Positions 30,914-39,793 of a stretch of 64,000 nt of DNA are shown here, in pieces. The stretch is from Cyanobacteria bacterium P01_D01_bin.156 (lineage in GTDB: Bacteria > Cyanobacteriota > Cyanobacteriia > Phormidesmidales > Phormidesmidaceae): contig JBCCQQ010000003.1 of the NCBI GenBank assembly GCA_039024555.1, forward strand, positions 96,001 through 160,000, written 5' to 3'. Under the pieces are notes generated by a model. It was not told the DNA's origin, did no database searches, and saw nothing but the letters and a program-made list of their open reading frames with translations. Position numbers and translations under genes: made by a program. Positions within the stretch are counted from its first letter, which is position 1; each line of letters opens with the position of its first letter.

Positions 30914-33900
30914 TTGACCGAGACTGCTGCTACCTCCACTTCTACCTACGAATCTGTCACCGCACGGATTCCTCAGCAGCGATGGCAAATTTTTCCGCCC
31001 CAAACGCAGCAAGCGCAGCACATGGCCAGTGCAACGCAGTTATCGCCCTTACTGGCCCAGGTATTAATTAATCGAGGCATTCAAACGCCTGAACAAGCCT
31101 GGCTATATCTTGATCCAGAAACTCAGCAACTCCCCTCTCCGCTGGATGAATTTCCTGATCTGGCGTATAGCATTGAGTTGTTGCTAACAGCTATTCACCA
31201 GGGACAAAAAATAGCAATTTGTGGTGATTACGATGCTGATGGGATGACCAGTACGGCATTGTTGCTACGCGCTCTATGGCATTTAGGTGCAGATGCTCAC
31301 TATGCCATTCCTAGCCGCATGCAGGAAGGCTATGGCATTAACCGTCGCATTGTAGAAGATTTTCATGCTGAAGGGATCGGTCTAATTCTCACCGTCGACA
31401 ACGGCATTGCCGCCTATGACCCAGTGGTTAGGGCTGTAGAACTGGGTCTCACAGTGATTATTACCGATCACCACGACTTACCAGAACAACTACCGCCAGC
31501 TCAGGCAATTCTCAATCCAAAACTTTTGCCCCATAGCTCTCCATACTACGGTGTGGCAGGTGTAGGCGTGGCATATATTTTGGCAGTATGTTTAGCACAA
31601 GCGTTTAATCGTGCTCAGGATCTAACCGCGCCATCTTTAGAGCTATTCACTTTAGGGACAATTGCAGATTTAGCTCCCCTAGTAGGGGTGAATCGTCGCT
31701 GGGTACGACGAGGATTACAACTATTGCCAAAGTCTCGTCTTCCAGGTATTCAAGCTCTCATTGAGGTGGCAGGCTTAGACCAAGGGAAAAAATCTCTCAA
31801 ACCAGAAGCCATCGGTTTTCGACTCGGTCCCAGAATCAATGCTATTGGTCGGATTGGCGATCCGCAAATTGTTATTGATATGTTGACTACGGAGGATATT
31901 GGGATTGCACTGCAACGAGCCATGCAGTGCGAAGAAACCAACACCCTACGTCAGCGGATGTGTGAGTTAATTGAGACTCAAGCAATCAACTGGTGTGAAG
32001 AACAACAGACACTGGGAAACCTCAATTTCAATAAAGAAAGAGTCTTGGTAGTCGTTCAACCAGATTGGCATCACGGTGTTATTGGCATTGTGGCGTCACG
32101 ACTGGTAGAGCGCTACGGTGTACCGGTCTTTATTGGCACCTATGAAGATAAAAGTCAGAAAGAGATTCGTGGTTCAGCCCGAGGCATTCCAGAATTCAAT
32201 GTGTTTGAAGCCTTGCAAGCCTGTGATGACTTGTTGGATAAATATGGCGGACACCGAGCCGCAGGAGGATTTAGTTTCTCGACACGCAATCTACGACAAG
32301 TAACCGCAAGACTGAGCCATTTTGCCTGTCAACAACTACAGCCAGATCACTTAAAACCCTTGGTCAACATCGATGTAGAAGCAAATCTGGCGGACATTGG
32401 TTTTACTCTTTATGAACAAATTGACGGACTTCATCCCTGTGGCATCCAAAACAATGAACCTGTTTTTTGGACCTCTATGGTGAACGTGCTGGAGCAACAA
32501 ATCATCGGCAAAGATCGTAAGCACTTAAAACTGACTCTCTCCCACACCCATCCAGAAACCTATGAGGTGACATCCATTAAGGCAATTGCTTGGCGATGGG
32601 CTGAATACCATCCGTTACCCCACCAAATAGATATTGCCTATAAAATTCGACTTAATGAGTGGCAGGGGCAGCGATCAATAGAATTAGAACTGTTGGGAGT
32701 CAAGCCATCGGTTCCAAGCTTGTCTGTGCCAGACGGAACTCTGCAACCACGGTCGGAGAGTACTCGTCAAAAAACAGCTTTGGAGAATTTAGATCCAACC
32801 CTGTCTGTCGCTCAAAAACCATCCCCTACTTTACCGGGTTTATTACCTCAAACATCTAGCCTCAAGGTCACTGAGGCATATGCAGGTCAAGAATTATCAG
32901 CCTATGCCGACACATCCACAGCAGATGGAACCCATGCAGAATTTTTCTACGACAAGCGACGTTACGTCAGTAGCTTAGATCAAACCAAAGCATCTCAAGA
33001 GCTCAAGATTCGGAATGTTGAAGGTCAACTGTTAGTCGTGCAGTTAGCTCAACGATGGGGTATGTTATACGTTCCTGGCAGCTCTGGCGAAGTCGTGGAT
33101 TTATCTGACAGTCATTATTTCAACCTGCTCAGGGCTGGCCTTAACGCCTTAGAACTCAAACAAAAAACGAGTGTTCTGATGCATAAGGATGAACTATTAG
33201 CAGAAAAAGATGAGCTGCTGGCAGAAAAAGATAGCCACATTACTAAACTCAATCAACAAATTCAAATTTTAGAGGACAAGATCGTTCAGCTATCAGAGGA
33301 AAAGCAAACAGCGTTTCACACGTTGCAAACTGAGTTACAACAACAGCAAACTGCGATCGCACATCAAGAAGCTCATATCGTACAGCTTCAAACCCAACCC
33401 CTGGAGCAGCAGGAGCCACCTGATCCCAACATCATTAAGCAAGAAGTACGTAACGTGCTTGGAGATAGCGTTTGGTTTTGCATCCAATCCGATTCCCAGA
33501 AAGATATCTGTGCCGCTTACCGCCATGCCCACATGCTGACCTCAGATGGAGCTGATCCCGATATTACCGACTACTCAGCAGCGGGGATCCGGTTATGTCG
33601 AGCTGTGGAAAGAGAAGTCATGGAGCCCTTTTTCACCGATCTCTACGACTTTGTTCGGTTAGAAGGGCTATCCACTATTGCAAACATTGAACTAGGCCCC
33701 CATCAAGGCTATACCCTTGGTCTGATGCCGATGTTGCTATTAGCAGACCAATGGCGAACCCTAAAGCAAAACGCCTTGAAACAGCCCCAGGCGGTACCCG
33801 ACAAGCAGCTTTACTACACATTTAAGACCTCTACAGTGCTCAGCGACCGCGATCGCAATTTGCTAGTTGAATTTTTTGAGCAATGGGAACACCCCATGGC

Positions 33901-34081
33901 ACGTTGCTTTAGAGAAAAAGCGAAACAGGCAGCAGCCAGTTTGGACCAGCTCTCTCGTTTACAACAGATTGCAGAGCATGGAGATTGCTTTTTATATCCA
34001 TGGCACTACGGACTATTTTGCCAGCTGGTAGTCGGAGGAGACCAGCGACGAGGCTTATTTCGGCAGATTTACGGTGGATAA
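30914..34081 (+). CDS. recJ: Single-stranded DNA exonuclease RecJ with long C-terminal extension
   Basis: GDYDADG, TVDNG, ITDHH, GTIAD, GPRINA, HHGVIGIVASR, GGHRAAGG; about 450 extra C-terminal residues. Confidence 0.93.
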   Translation: MTETAATSTSTYESVTARIPQQRWQIFPPQTQQAQHMASATQLSPLLAQVLINRGIQTPEQAWLYLDPETQQLPSPLDEFPDLAYSIELLLTAIHQGQKIAICGDYDADGMTSTALLLRALWHLGADAHYAIPSRMQEGYGINRRIVEDFHAEGIGLILTVDNGIAAYDPVVRAVELGLTVIITDHHDLPEQLPPAQAILNPKLLPHSSPYYGVAGVGVAYILAVCLAQAFNRAQDLTAPSLELFTLGTIADLAPLVGVNRRWVRRGLQLLPKSRLPGIQALIEVAGLDQGKKSLKPEAIGFRLGPRINAIGRIGDPQIVIDMLTTEDIGIALQRAMQCEETNTLRQRMCELIETQAINWCEEQQTLGNLNFNKERVLVVVQPDWHHGVIGIVASRLVERYGVPVFIGTYEDKSQKEIRGSARGIPEFNVFEALQACDDLLDKYGGHRAAGGFSFSTRNLRQVTARLSHFACQQLQPDHLKPLVNIDVEANLADIGFTLYEQIDGLHPCGIQNNEPVFWTSMVNVLEQQIIGKDRKHLKLTLSHTHPETYEVTSIKAIAWRWAEYHPLPHQIDIAYKIRLNEWQGQRSIELELLGVKPSVPSLSVPDGTLQPRSESTRQKTALENLDPTLSVAQKPSPTLPGLLPQTSSLKVTEAYAGQELSAYADTSTADGTHAEFFYDKRRYVSSLDQTKASQELKIRNVEGQLLVVQLAQRWGMLYVPGSSGEVVDLSDSHYFNLLRAGLNALELKQKTSVLMHKDELLAEKDELLAEKDSHITKLNQQIQILEDKIVQLSEEKQTAFHTLQTELQQQQTAIAHQEAHIVQLQTQPLEQQEPPDPNIIKQEVRNVLGDSVWFCIQSDSQKDICAAYRHAHMLTSDGADPDITDYSAAGIRLCRAVEREVMEPFFTDLYDFVRLEGLSTIANIELGPHQGYTLGLMPMLLLADQWRTLKQNALKQPQAVPDKQLYYTFKTSTVLSDRDRNLLVEFFEQWEHPMARCFREKAKQAAASLDQLSRLQQIAEHGDCFLYPWHYGLFCQLVVGGDQRRGLFRQIYGG

Positions 34082-34351
34082 CCTTGAGCAGGTCATAGCG
34101 TTCTAATGAACCCTGTGGATAACTTCAAAAAGGTCAAATCGCTTCATATAAGCAGAAATAGGACGAAATTTAAAAATAGCTAAAATTTTTGAAGTCCAAT
34201 ACTCTGAGCACTTTCAGCAGTCTGATAGGTCATAGCGCTTTAGCATAAATCAGCCATAACCGTAACCAACATTTAGCACTTTCAAGCATTTTCCACATAC
34301 TTTTCCACAGGGTTTTCCACAGGACACTCAAGTTTTTAACAGGTTGGATAA
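34073..34351. promoter_or_regulatory. DnaA-box cluster
   Basis: TGTGGATAA at 34114; TTTTCCACA x3 at 34289, 34301 and 34313 (12-bp period); degenerate boxes at 34073, 34333 and 34343. Confidence 0.7.
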
Positions 34352-34778
34352 TTTGCTACGTAGGCTCCGTAATTGTTTCCAAGAATAAAATTTATTTTGG
34401 TTGCATTACGCAGGAAACTAGAAATTCATGTGCCGCGCAAGTACAGCCACTGGCACAGACATACGTTATCCCATGGCTAAACCGGTTAAATATTTTTCTG
34501 ATAATTCTGGCTCTATTAAATATTTTTGATGAAAGTGATGCTGCCATATGTCGGTATATCGCATTAAACCGGGGAAGCTAAAGCTGTGAGTCACAATACA
34601 TAAGTATTCACAGTGATATATGGGCTACCAACTCTCCATACATCAATAGTAATCTGGGATTGGGCTTCATGAGTATGGCATGAATTTTACGTATATTCCC
34701 TGCCTAGATTATTCAATTTTGTATAACTAAGCTAATGGTCGTCCTACGTACTGCTGCCTTTAAAGAACACAGATTTCT

Positions 34779-35936
34779 ATGATGAGTGGTCAAGTCATTG
34801 ACGCAAATAGTAGCAGTTTGCCTAGTGACAGCAGCGACTGCTATCACAATGAACTTAGGATTTGCGATCGCATCATCAAACGCTATCCATCTCATTACCA
34901 AGCCTGGAACTATCGTAGTTACCTCTTAGCGAGCACAGGACAATATCAAGCAGCCGCTGAAAGCTATCGGCACACCCTATCTCTGAAAGCAACGGAACAC
35001 CGCGTATGGTGTAACTATGGTGCCGTCCTTGAAAAGCTGGGCAACTTGAATGAGGCAGTAGGGTGCTATGACCGTGCCCTTAGAGAAAACTCTTCATACT
35101 TCAAAGCCCAATATCGAAAGAGCAAGAATCTACATCGCAGATCCCTATATGACGAAGCCGTCGTGAGTTACGAGCAAGCAATTCAGCTGCGTCCTGATTT
35201 TTATAAGGTTTGGTATTACCGTGGCAAAGCATTATCAAAGCTGAATCGTATCGACCAAGCAATCTCTAGCTTTCAAAGAGCAGTACAGATTTATGACGGC
35301 GATAGTAAGCTATGGACCACTTTGGGCCGTACCCTATTACAGACACAGCAACCTAAAGAAGCTTTAAAAGCATTCAACCACTCTCTGCATCTCAATCCCA
35401 AGAATGGTGATACCTGGAGTTATCAGGCATCAGCACTTAAGTCTTTAGGAAAACTAGAAGACGCCATTACTAGTTTAGAAAAAGCCATTGCACTAGAACC
35501 AGGCAGATTTCGGTTTTGGTACTTACGTGGATTAATGCTCTTAGACTTGGAGCAGTTTAAGACCGCAGAAGAAAACTTTATTAGAGCCCTTAAACTTCAG
35601 GCATATAACTATCAAGCGTGGCTGGCCATGGGCTGGACATTGCAGAAAATGGCAGACTACAAGCGCGCCATCGAAGCATATGATAAGGCCCTGGCCATAG
35701 AACCAGATCAGCCATTTGCGTTCTATAACCAAGCCCGCTGCCATGCTCAGTTGGGGCAAGATACATGGGCACTAGAGCACTTGCGGCGCGCAATGTCCTT
35801 GAACCCTGACATCTACACAGAGAGAGCTAACGCCGACCCAGCCCTACAGACTATCCTGCAGGATATCGATAATGATGACAGCAGTGATGACGAGTTTGAA
35901 GAACCAGAGACTGGCCCTTTCATAACTCCGAACTAG
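34779..35936 (+). CDS. Tetratricopeptide repeat protein
   Basis: About 9 TPR units (W..G..L...G...EA...Y..AL...P). Confidence 0.9.
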   Translation: MMSGQVIDANSSSLPSDSSDCYHNELRICDRIIKRYPSHYQAWNYRSYLLASTGQYQAAAESYRHTLSLKATEHRVWCNYGAVLEKLGNLNEAVGCYDRALRENSSYFKAQYRKSKNLHRRSLYDEAVVSYEQAIQLRPDFYKVWYYRGKALSKLNRIDQAISSFQRAVQIYDGDSKLWTTLGRTLLQTQQPKEALKAFNHSLHLNPKNGDTWSYQASALKSLGKLEDAITSLEKAIALEPGRFRFWYLRGLMLLDLEQFKTAEENFIRALKLQAYNYQAWLAMGWTLQKMADYKRAIEAYDKALAIEPDQPFAFYNQARCHAQLGQDTWALEHLRRAMSLNPDIYTERANADPALQTILQDIDNDDSSDDEFEEPETGPFITPN

Positions 35937-35968
35937 GAGCAAGGAGCGCTCAAAGCATCTATAAAAAA

Positions 35969-36041
35969 TGGAGCTAAGCGGGCTCGAACCGCTGACCCCC
36001 TGCATGCCATGCAGGTGCTCTACCAGCTGAGCTATAGCCCC
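35969..36041 (-). tRNA. trnA: tRNA-Ala (GGC)
   Basis: Reverse complement GGGGCTATAGCTCAGCTGGTAGAGCACCTGCATGGCATGCAGGGGGTCAGCGGTTCGAGCCCGCTTAGCTCCA. Confidence 0.97.
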
Positions 36042-36255
36042 ACGCTTTAGTAATAATCTCTTGCAAAGGAACTATCGTCAAGGGGGTCGAGCAATTCATA
36101 TTCCTTACAGTCAAAGACCATAATTCAATATTCTCTTCCAGAGTAGAAGCGTTTTTGACCATCCGCCAATCCAGTTTGTATTCCAATAACTCATCAAATA
36201 TAATTTGAGCATTAGGAATTAATGCATCAATTGGGTCAAACAGTTTTTCATGAAA

Positions 36256-36296
36256 AGTCAGTCTTCAGAAACAAAGGGTATTCTTAAAGACTGACT
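36256..36296 (-). terminator. Probable terminator of the GTPase operon
   Basis: AGTCAGTCTT / AAGACTGACT stem followed by a T run on the minus strand. Confidence 0.55.
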
Positions 36297-36358
36297 CCAA
36301 TTTGACAAAAGCGTCTCAACTTAAATGACTCAAAAATCTTGTATTAGACTTGTTGCGG

Positions 36359-36592
36359 TCAGAAAAGTTTGTTGCCTCCAGAGATATAATTTTTAACCAT
36401 CTCAATTACCTGAGTAAGTACAACTCCAAATACAGCAAATGCAGTTTGATCTATTAGTTGCTGTAGTCGCTTGTCGTCTCCGGCCTGGATTGCTCTTTCG
36501 ACTTTCTTTTTAAATTGGCTGTCTCTGCTTGCTTGGTAACGAATCGCGTCCAACAGCTCTTCCTCATTATAGTCTAGCCTATTATCGGACAT
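36359..36592 (-). CDS. Small helical protein with C-terminal amphipathic helix (paralog 2)
   Basis: AGGAG SD before ATG 36592; similar to the neighbouring 73-aa protein. Confidence 0.75.
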   Translation of the reverse strand: MSDNRLDYNEEELLDAIRYQASRDSQFKKKVERAIQAGDDKRLQQLIDQTAFAVFGVVLTQVIEMVKNYISGGNKLF

Positions 36593-36655
36593 GGACTTAC
36601 TCCTGGTTAACATCAATCTGACTCTAGAAGGTTCTGTAGCACGTGCGACTATAAC

Positions 36656-36877
36656 TTAACTCAAGATCCCTCTGGAGATTAGCTCTCGAACAACAGCAAT
36701 AACTACATGAGTGATAATCTGCCCAAAATTTCTCATACTGATTTTCTCAGAGAGTTTTTTAAGTAAACTCTTATTCTTCTCTCTCTTCGCCTCTTCCAGT
36801 TCTTGTTTGAGTTTGGCATTTCTTTTTGCCTCTGCTTTGATAGCTTGCAGGAGTTCTTCTTTGCTGTAATCATCCAT
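36656..36877 (-). CDS. Small helical protein with C-terminal amphipathic helix (paralog 1)
   Basis: GGAGG SD inside the GTPase 3' end; starts 2 bp after the GTPase stop. Confidence 0.75.
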   Translation of the reverse strand: MDDYSKEELLQAIKAEAKRNAKLKQELEEAKREKNKSLLKKLSEKISMRNFGQIITHVVIAVVRELISRGILS

Positions 36878-36879
36878 AA

Positions 36880-37881
36880 CTAACCTCCAATTTTATTCAA
36901 GTCAAAAACAACTTTTTGCTTATCCATATCAAAAATAAGCATGTTACACATCCGTTGAGCATGGGAAAAAGCAAGGTTGTTCATCGTATCTTCGTGGATG
37001 AACTGATTGAATCGGCCAATTGCTTCTTTGCCAAGCTTATTGACAATCACTAGCATCAAATAACTGAGATTAAATCTAAATCGGGAAGAGCATGGAATTA
37101 CCTCATAATTGTGGCTTAGGCGTTCAAAAACATCGGCATGGTTGGGATATTTGGATTGAAGCTCCGCTAGATCAAAGTCGAAGATTTTGCCAGTGTAGGT
37201 TATTTCAAATTCATCCACAGTGAAATTGGGATGCTCAATCGAGAATTCCTGATCTTGGTCATTATCCCGATAGGTGCTTGACTTCAAGCTATTCTCATAG
37301 GGGCGAATTAAAATATCTCGATAGTACTGCTGCTTGCGGTCTATGACTTTTGTTGTTGCCTTTCCTGGGGTAAAAAAGCCGTTTTTACCAGTTTTTGCAA
37401 AAATCCATGGAGAGTGGGTGAGTAAATCAACCTTTGTCATGACAAAGGTAATTTTGTTCAACAGTTGTGTCTTTTGGTTTTCTTGAAAAGAGTTGAGGAT
37501 CTTATCTAAGGATTCTAAGTCGAAATAAACAGCTCGACTATCTGCATGAATTGCCCACAGAACGACATCGGACTCTAGCAGCTTTTCTTTATATGCCTCC
37601 ATATATTCAGCATCTTTTTTGTCAGATTCTCCGATACCGGGAAGGTCATAGAACCAGAGCTCATGGCCTTCAGAGCCCTGGGCTATTACTTTTTCAATGT
37701 CTTTGGTACATGGCTGCACATCATCAACGGGCAAATCCACATTAAATAGAGCATTGATCAGTGATGTCTTACCTACTCCGGTTTGTCCCATGATAGAAAC
37801 AACTAAGGGTTTACTAATCTCTTCGCGTATCGCTTTTTCGACCGCATTTTTTAGAATTTCAACGTCTTTGACTAGGGACAT
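36880..37881 (-). CDS. TRAFAC GTPase, Era/YeeP-YfjP-like (MMR_HSR1)
   Basis: G1 GQTGVGKT, G2 PCT, G3 DLPG, G4 TKVD, G5-like PCSS. Confidence 0.85.
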   Translation of the reverse strand: MSLVKDVEILKNAVEKAIREEISKPLVVSIMGQTGVGKTSLINALFNVDLPVDDVQPCTKDIEKVIAQGSEGHELWFYDLPGIGESDKKDAEYMEAYKEKLLESDVVLWAIHADSRAVYFDLESLDKILNSFQENQKTQLLNKITFVMTKVDLLTHSPWIFAKTGKNGFFTPGKATTKVIDRKQQYYRDILIRPYENSLKSSTYRDNDQDQEFSIEHPNFTVDEFEITYTGKIFDFDLAELQSKYPNHADVFERLSHNYEVIPCSSRFRFNLSYLMLVIVNKLGKEAIGRFNQFIHEDTMNNLAFSHAQRMCNMLIFDMDKQKVVFDLNKIGG

Positions 37882-37969
37882 GGTTTTTCCTCAATGTGTG
37901 GTGTGTTGGCTAGACTTAATCGGGACATGTGAATGTCATTTATTTGCAATGTAGTAAAGGCCATTATTC

Positions 37970-38248
37970 TTAACCAAAAAGCACAAGAATGAGAATAACG
38001 GTCAGCATAAACAGGAACACAAAATTAACGTCTGGATACTTTGGCTTTGTTTTTTTTCGACGAGCTTCTAACGGATTTTGCGAAAAATCACAGAGAAGAC
38101 ATCGATAGTGTTTTCCTTTCTGCAGCAGTGTATGTTCTTCGCATTTTGGACATTGATGTAGAATAAGAATGCTCGATTTTTCGATGTCTTCTAATCGGAG
38201 AGTAGGTTGATTCTGATTCTGAGAGAGTTTAGATTGACTCATGGTCAT
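37970..38248 (-). CDS. Zn-ribbon protein with C-terminal transmembrane helix
   Basis: CPKC...CLLC, basic linker, FVFLFMLTVILILVLF. Confidence 0.7.
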   Translation of the reverse strand: MTMSQSKLSQNQNQPTLRLEDIEKSSILILHQCPKCEEHTLLQKGKHYRCLLCDFSQNPLEARRKKTKPKYPDVNFVFLFMLTVILILVLFG

Positions 38249-38307
38249 TGAGTTTCAGAAGTGTGAAACTGTAATCTGCTTAAAAAATAGCAGGTGAAAT
38301 TCTCTGC

Positions 38308-38353
38308 CATTACTGAACCATCAACAGGTTGGTTAGTTGATGGTTCAGTAATG
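38308..38353. repeat. Perfect 18-bp inverted repeat
   Basis: CATTACTGAACCATCAAC - 10 nt - GTTGATGGTTCAGTAATG. Confidence 0.9.
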
Positions 38354-38629
38354 ACACTAAGACTTTAGGCAGCTAGATATTTGGTGTAACAGACACCTGA
38401 CGCTTAGGCTCCTAGACAGTTGTTGCCAGGAAGCTTAGGTATCTGTTTCAAATCATGACTGTTTGTTCCCTACCATCCATTCTCAGTCCAAGACTGAGGC
38501 AATGGGTTGGCGTAGTTCCCTTAAGTCGTATTTGCCAAGCTATCGTGACTCCACAAGCTATTGTGCTCGTTAATGTACTTGTCATTTTGAGTGATGCAAG
38601 TATTCATCTCCCAAGTGAACATGGCGACC

Positions 38630-38887
38630 TTAAAGAGGAGTAATTACAAGCTTGAGGTTTTGACGTCCAACAACTTGGACATAATCGCCAGGAACAAGAT
38701 CAAAATCGCCTTGAGAAATTGCATGCCAGTAAACGCCGTGAAGCTTTACTCTGCATTCTTTGTATGAGGCAAATACCTCATCTACGATTCCTTGTTCTAG
38801 ATGATTGTTAGGGTGTTGGTTAAACAACATGGCTCTTGATCCGTTTAATAGGGGTTTAGGTGAGATAAAACGCCAAAAGTTTTTCAC
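38630..38887 (-). CDS. NfeD-like C-terminal OB-fold protein (start may be ATG 38830)
   Basis: GIVDE...RVKLHGVYWHA...PGDYVQVVGRQNLKLVI matches the NfeD-C pattern. Confidence 0.8.
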   Translation of the reverse strand: MKNFWRFISPKPLLNGSRAMLFNQHPNNHLEQGIVDEVFASYKECRVKLHGVYWHAISQGDFDLVPGDYVQVVGRQNLKLVITPL

Positions 38888-39259
38888 ACTTATAGTCTAG
38901 ACGCATCACTTGAAATGGATTCATGCAGATACGCCTGCAAAAGCAACTGCATGCTTTGCAGTAGAGTTAAGTCTCACTGCTTCCTGTGCCATTGATATAG
39001 AGAAAACTCTTGCTATTCTGAGAATCTGGATGCCAATGACACCACAACACTCTGATTGAGAGTGCTCTTGGAGAGTGAATCTTTTGACTACAAAACTTTG
39101 CTGGAGATAACTATGAGAGTATTGCGTAAACAGCATGACTCATCTTCCATTTAATGATGCTGTAAGTGAGTTGAACTGCGTAAAAAGTTCTCTCACATTT
39201 ATAGTCTAGACGCATCACTTGAAATAGATTCATGCAAATACACCTGCAAAAGCAACTGC
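38885..39259. repeat. Direct repeat pair (38885-38950 and 39194-39259) marking a 309-bp tandem duplication
   Basis: 66-bp copies with 4 mismatches. Confidence 0.92.
38966..39196 (-). pseudogene. Decayed second copy of the NfeD-like gene
   Basis: LNGR*VMLFTQYSHSYLQQ aligns with LNGSRAMLFNQHPNNHLEQ; frameshift at the GV(Y)WH motif. Confidence 0.6.
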
Positions 39260-39793
39260 TGGTTTTGCCGTAGTTCTGGACAAGAACTTTCTGCTCCTTA
39301 GACGAGCATCATAAGTCGCTATAGTACCGCTAGCACCGTTAGGACAAAGCTATAACGGTATTTCGTTTGTTGGCAAGCAGGATAGTTTTCCTCAGTAGCC
39401 TAAAGTAAATGGCGCAGCCTACAAAAGGAGCACAAAACTAAAGCGGGACACTTCCTTTAAGCATTTGGACTACTCTGGCAGGAGCATAACGCTCTATGGG
39501 ATGCAATTTCTTTGCAGTTTCTGACTTTTTCCCTATCAAGAATTTCCTAGATTAAGTTATGTATGCCTCTCAAATTTGGTATTACAGAGCGTAGCAAGCT
39601 AACTTCGACAGTGCTATAGATTCATGATCAGTAACTATGTAGCATAAGCTACACTTGCAAGACTTTTCTGCGTATTTTGATAGGTCCTATTCTGTATAAA
39701 GTGTAAAAAAATATGTCTCCGTATGTCCTAAAGCCTGACAATAATCTGATAACTAATAAGTAAGCATCAAGTCTACCGCTCTTAATTTTTGGA

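Noticed and set aside
35974..36186. 70-aa ORF
   Set aside because: It overlaps tRNA-Ala and is a spurious translation
38455..38643. 62-aa plus-strand ORF and other short ORFs between the Zn-ribbon and NfeD genes
   Set aside because: No clear SD or recognisable motif; coding status cannot be supported
38885..39259. CRISPR array
   Set aside because: Only two 66-bp copies 309 bp apart, with homologous sequence between them and no cas genes
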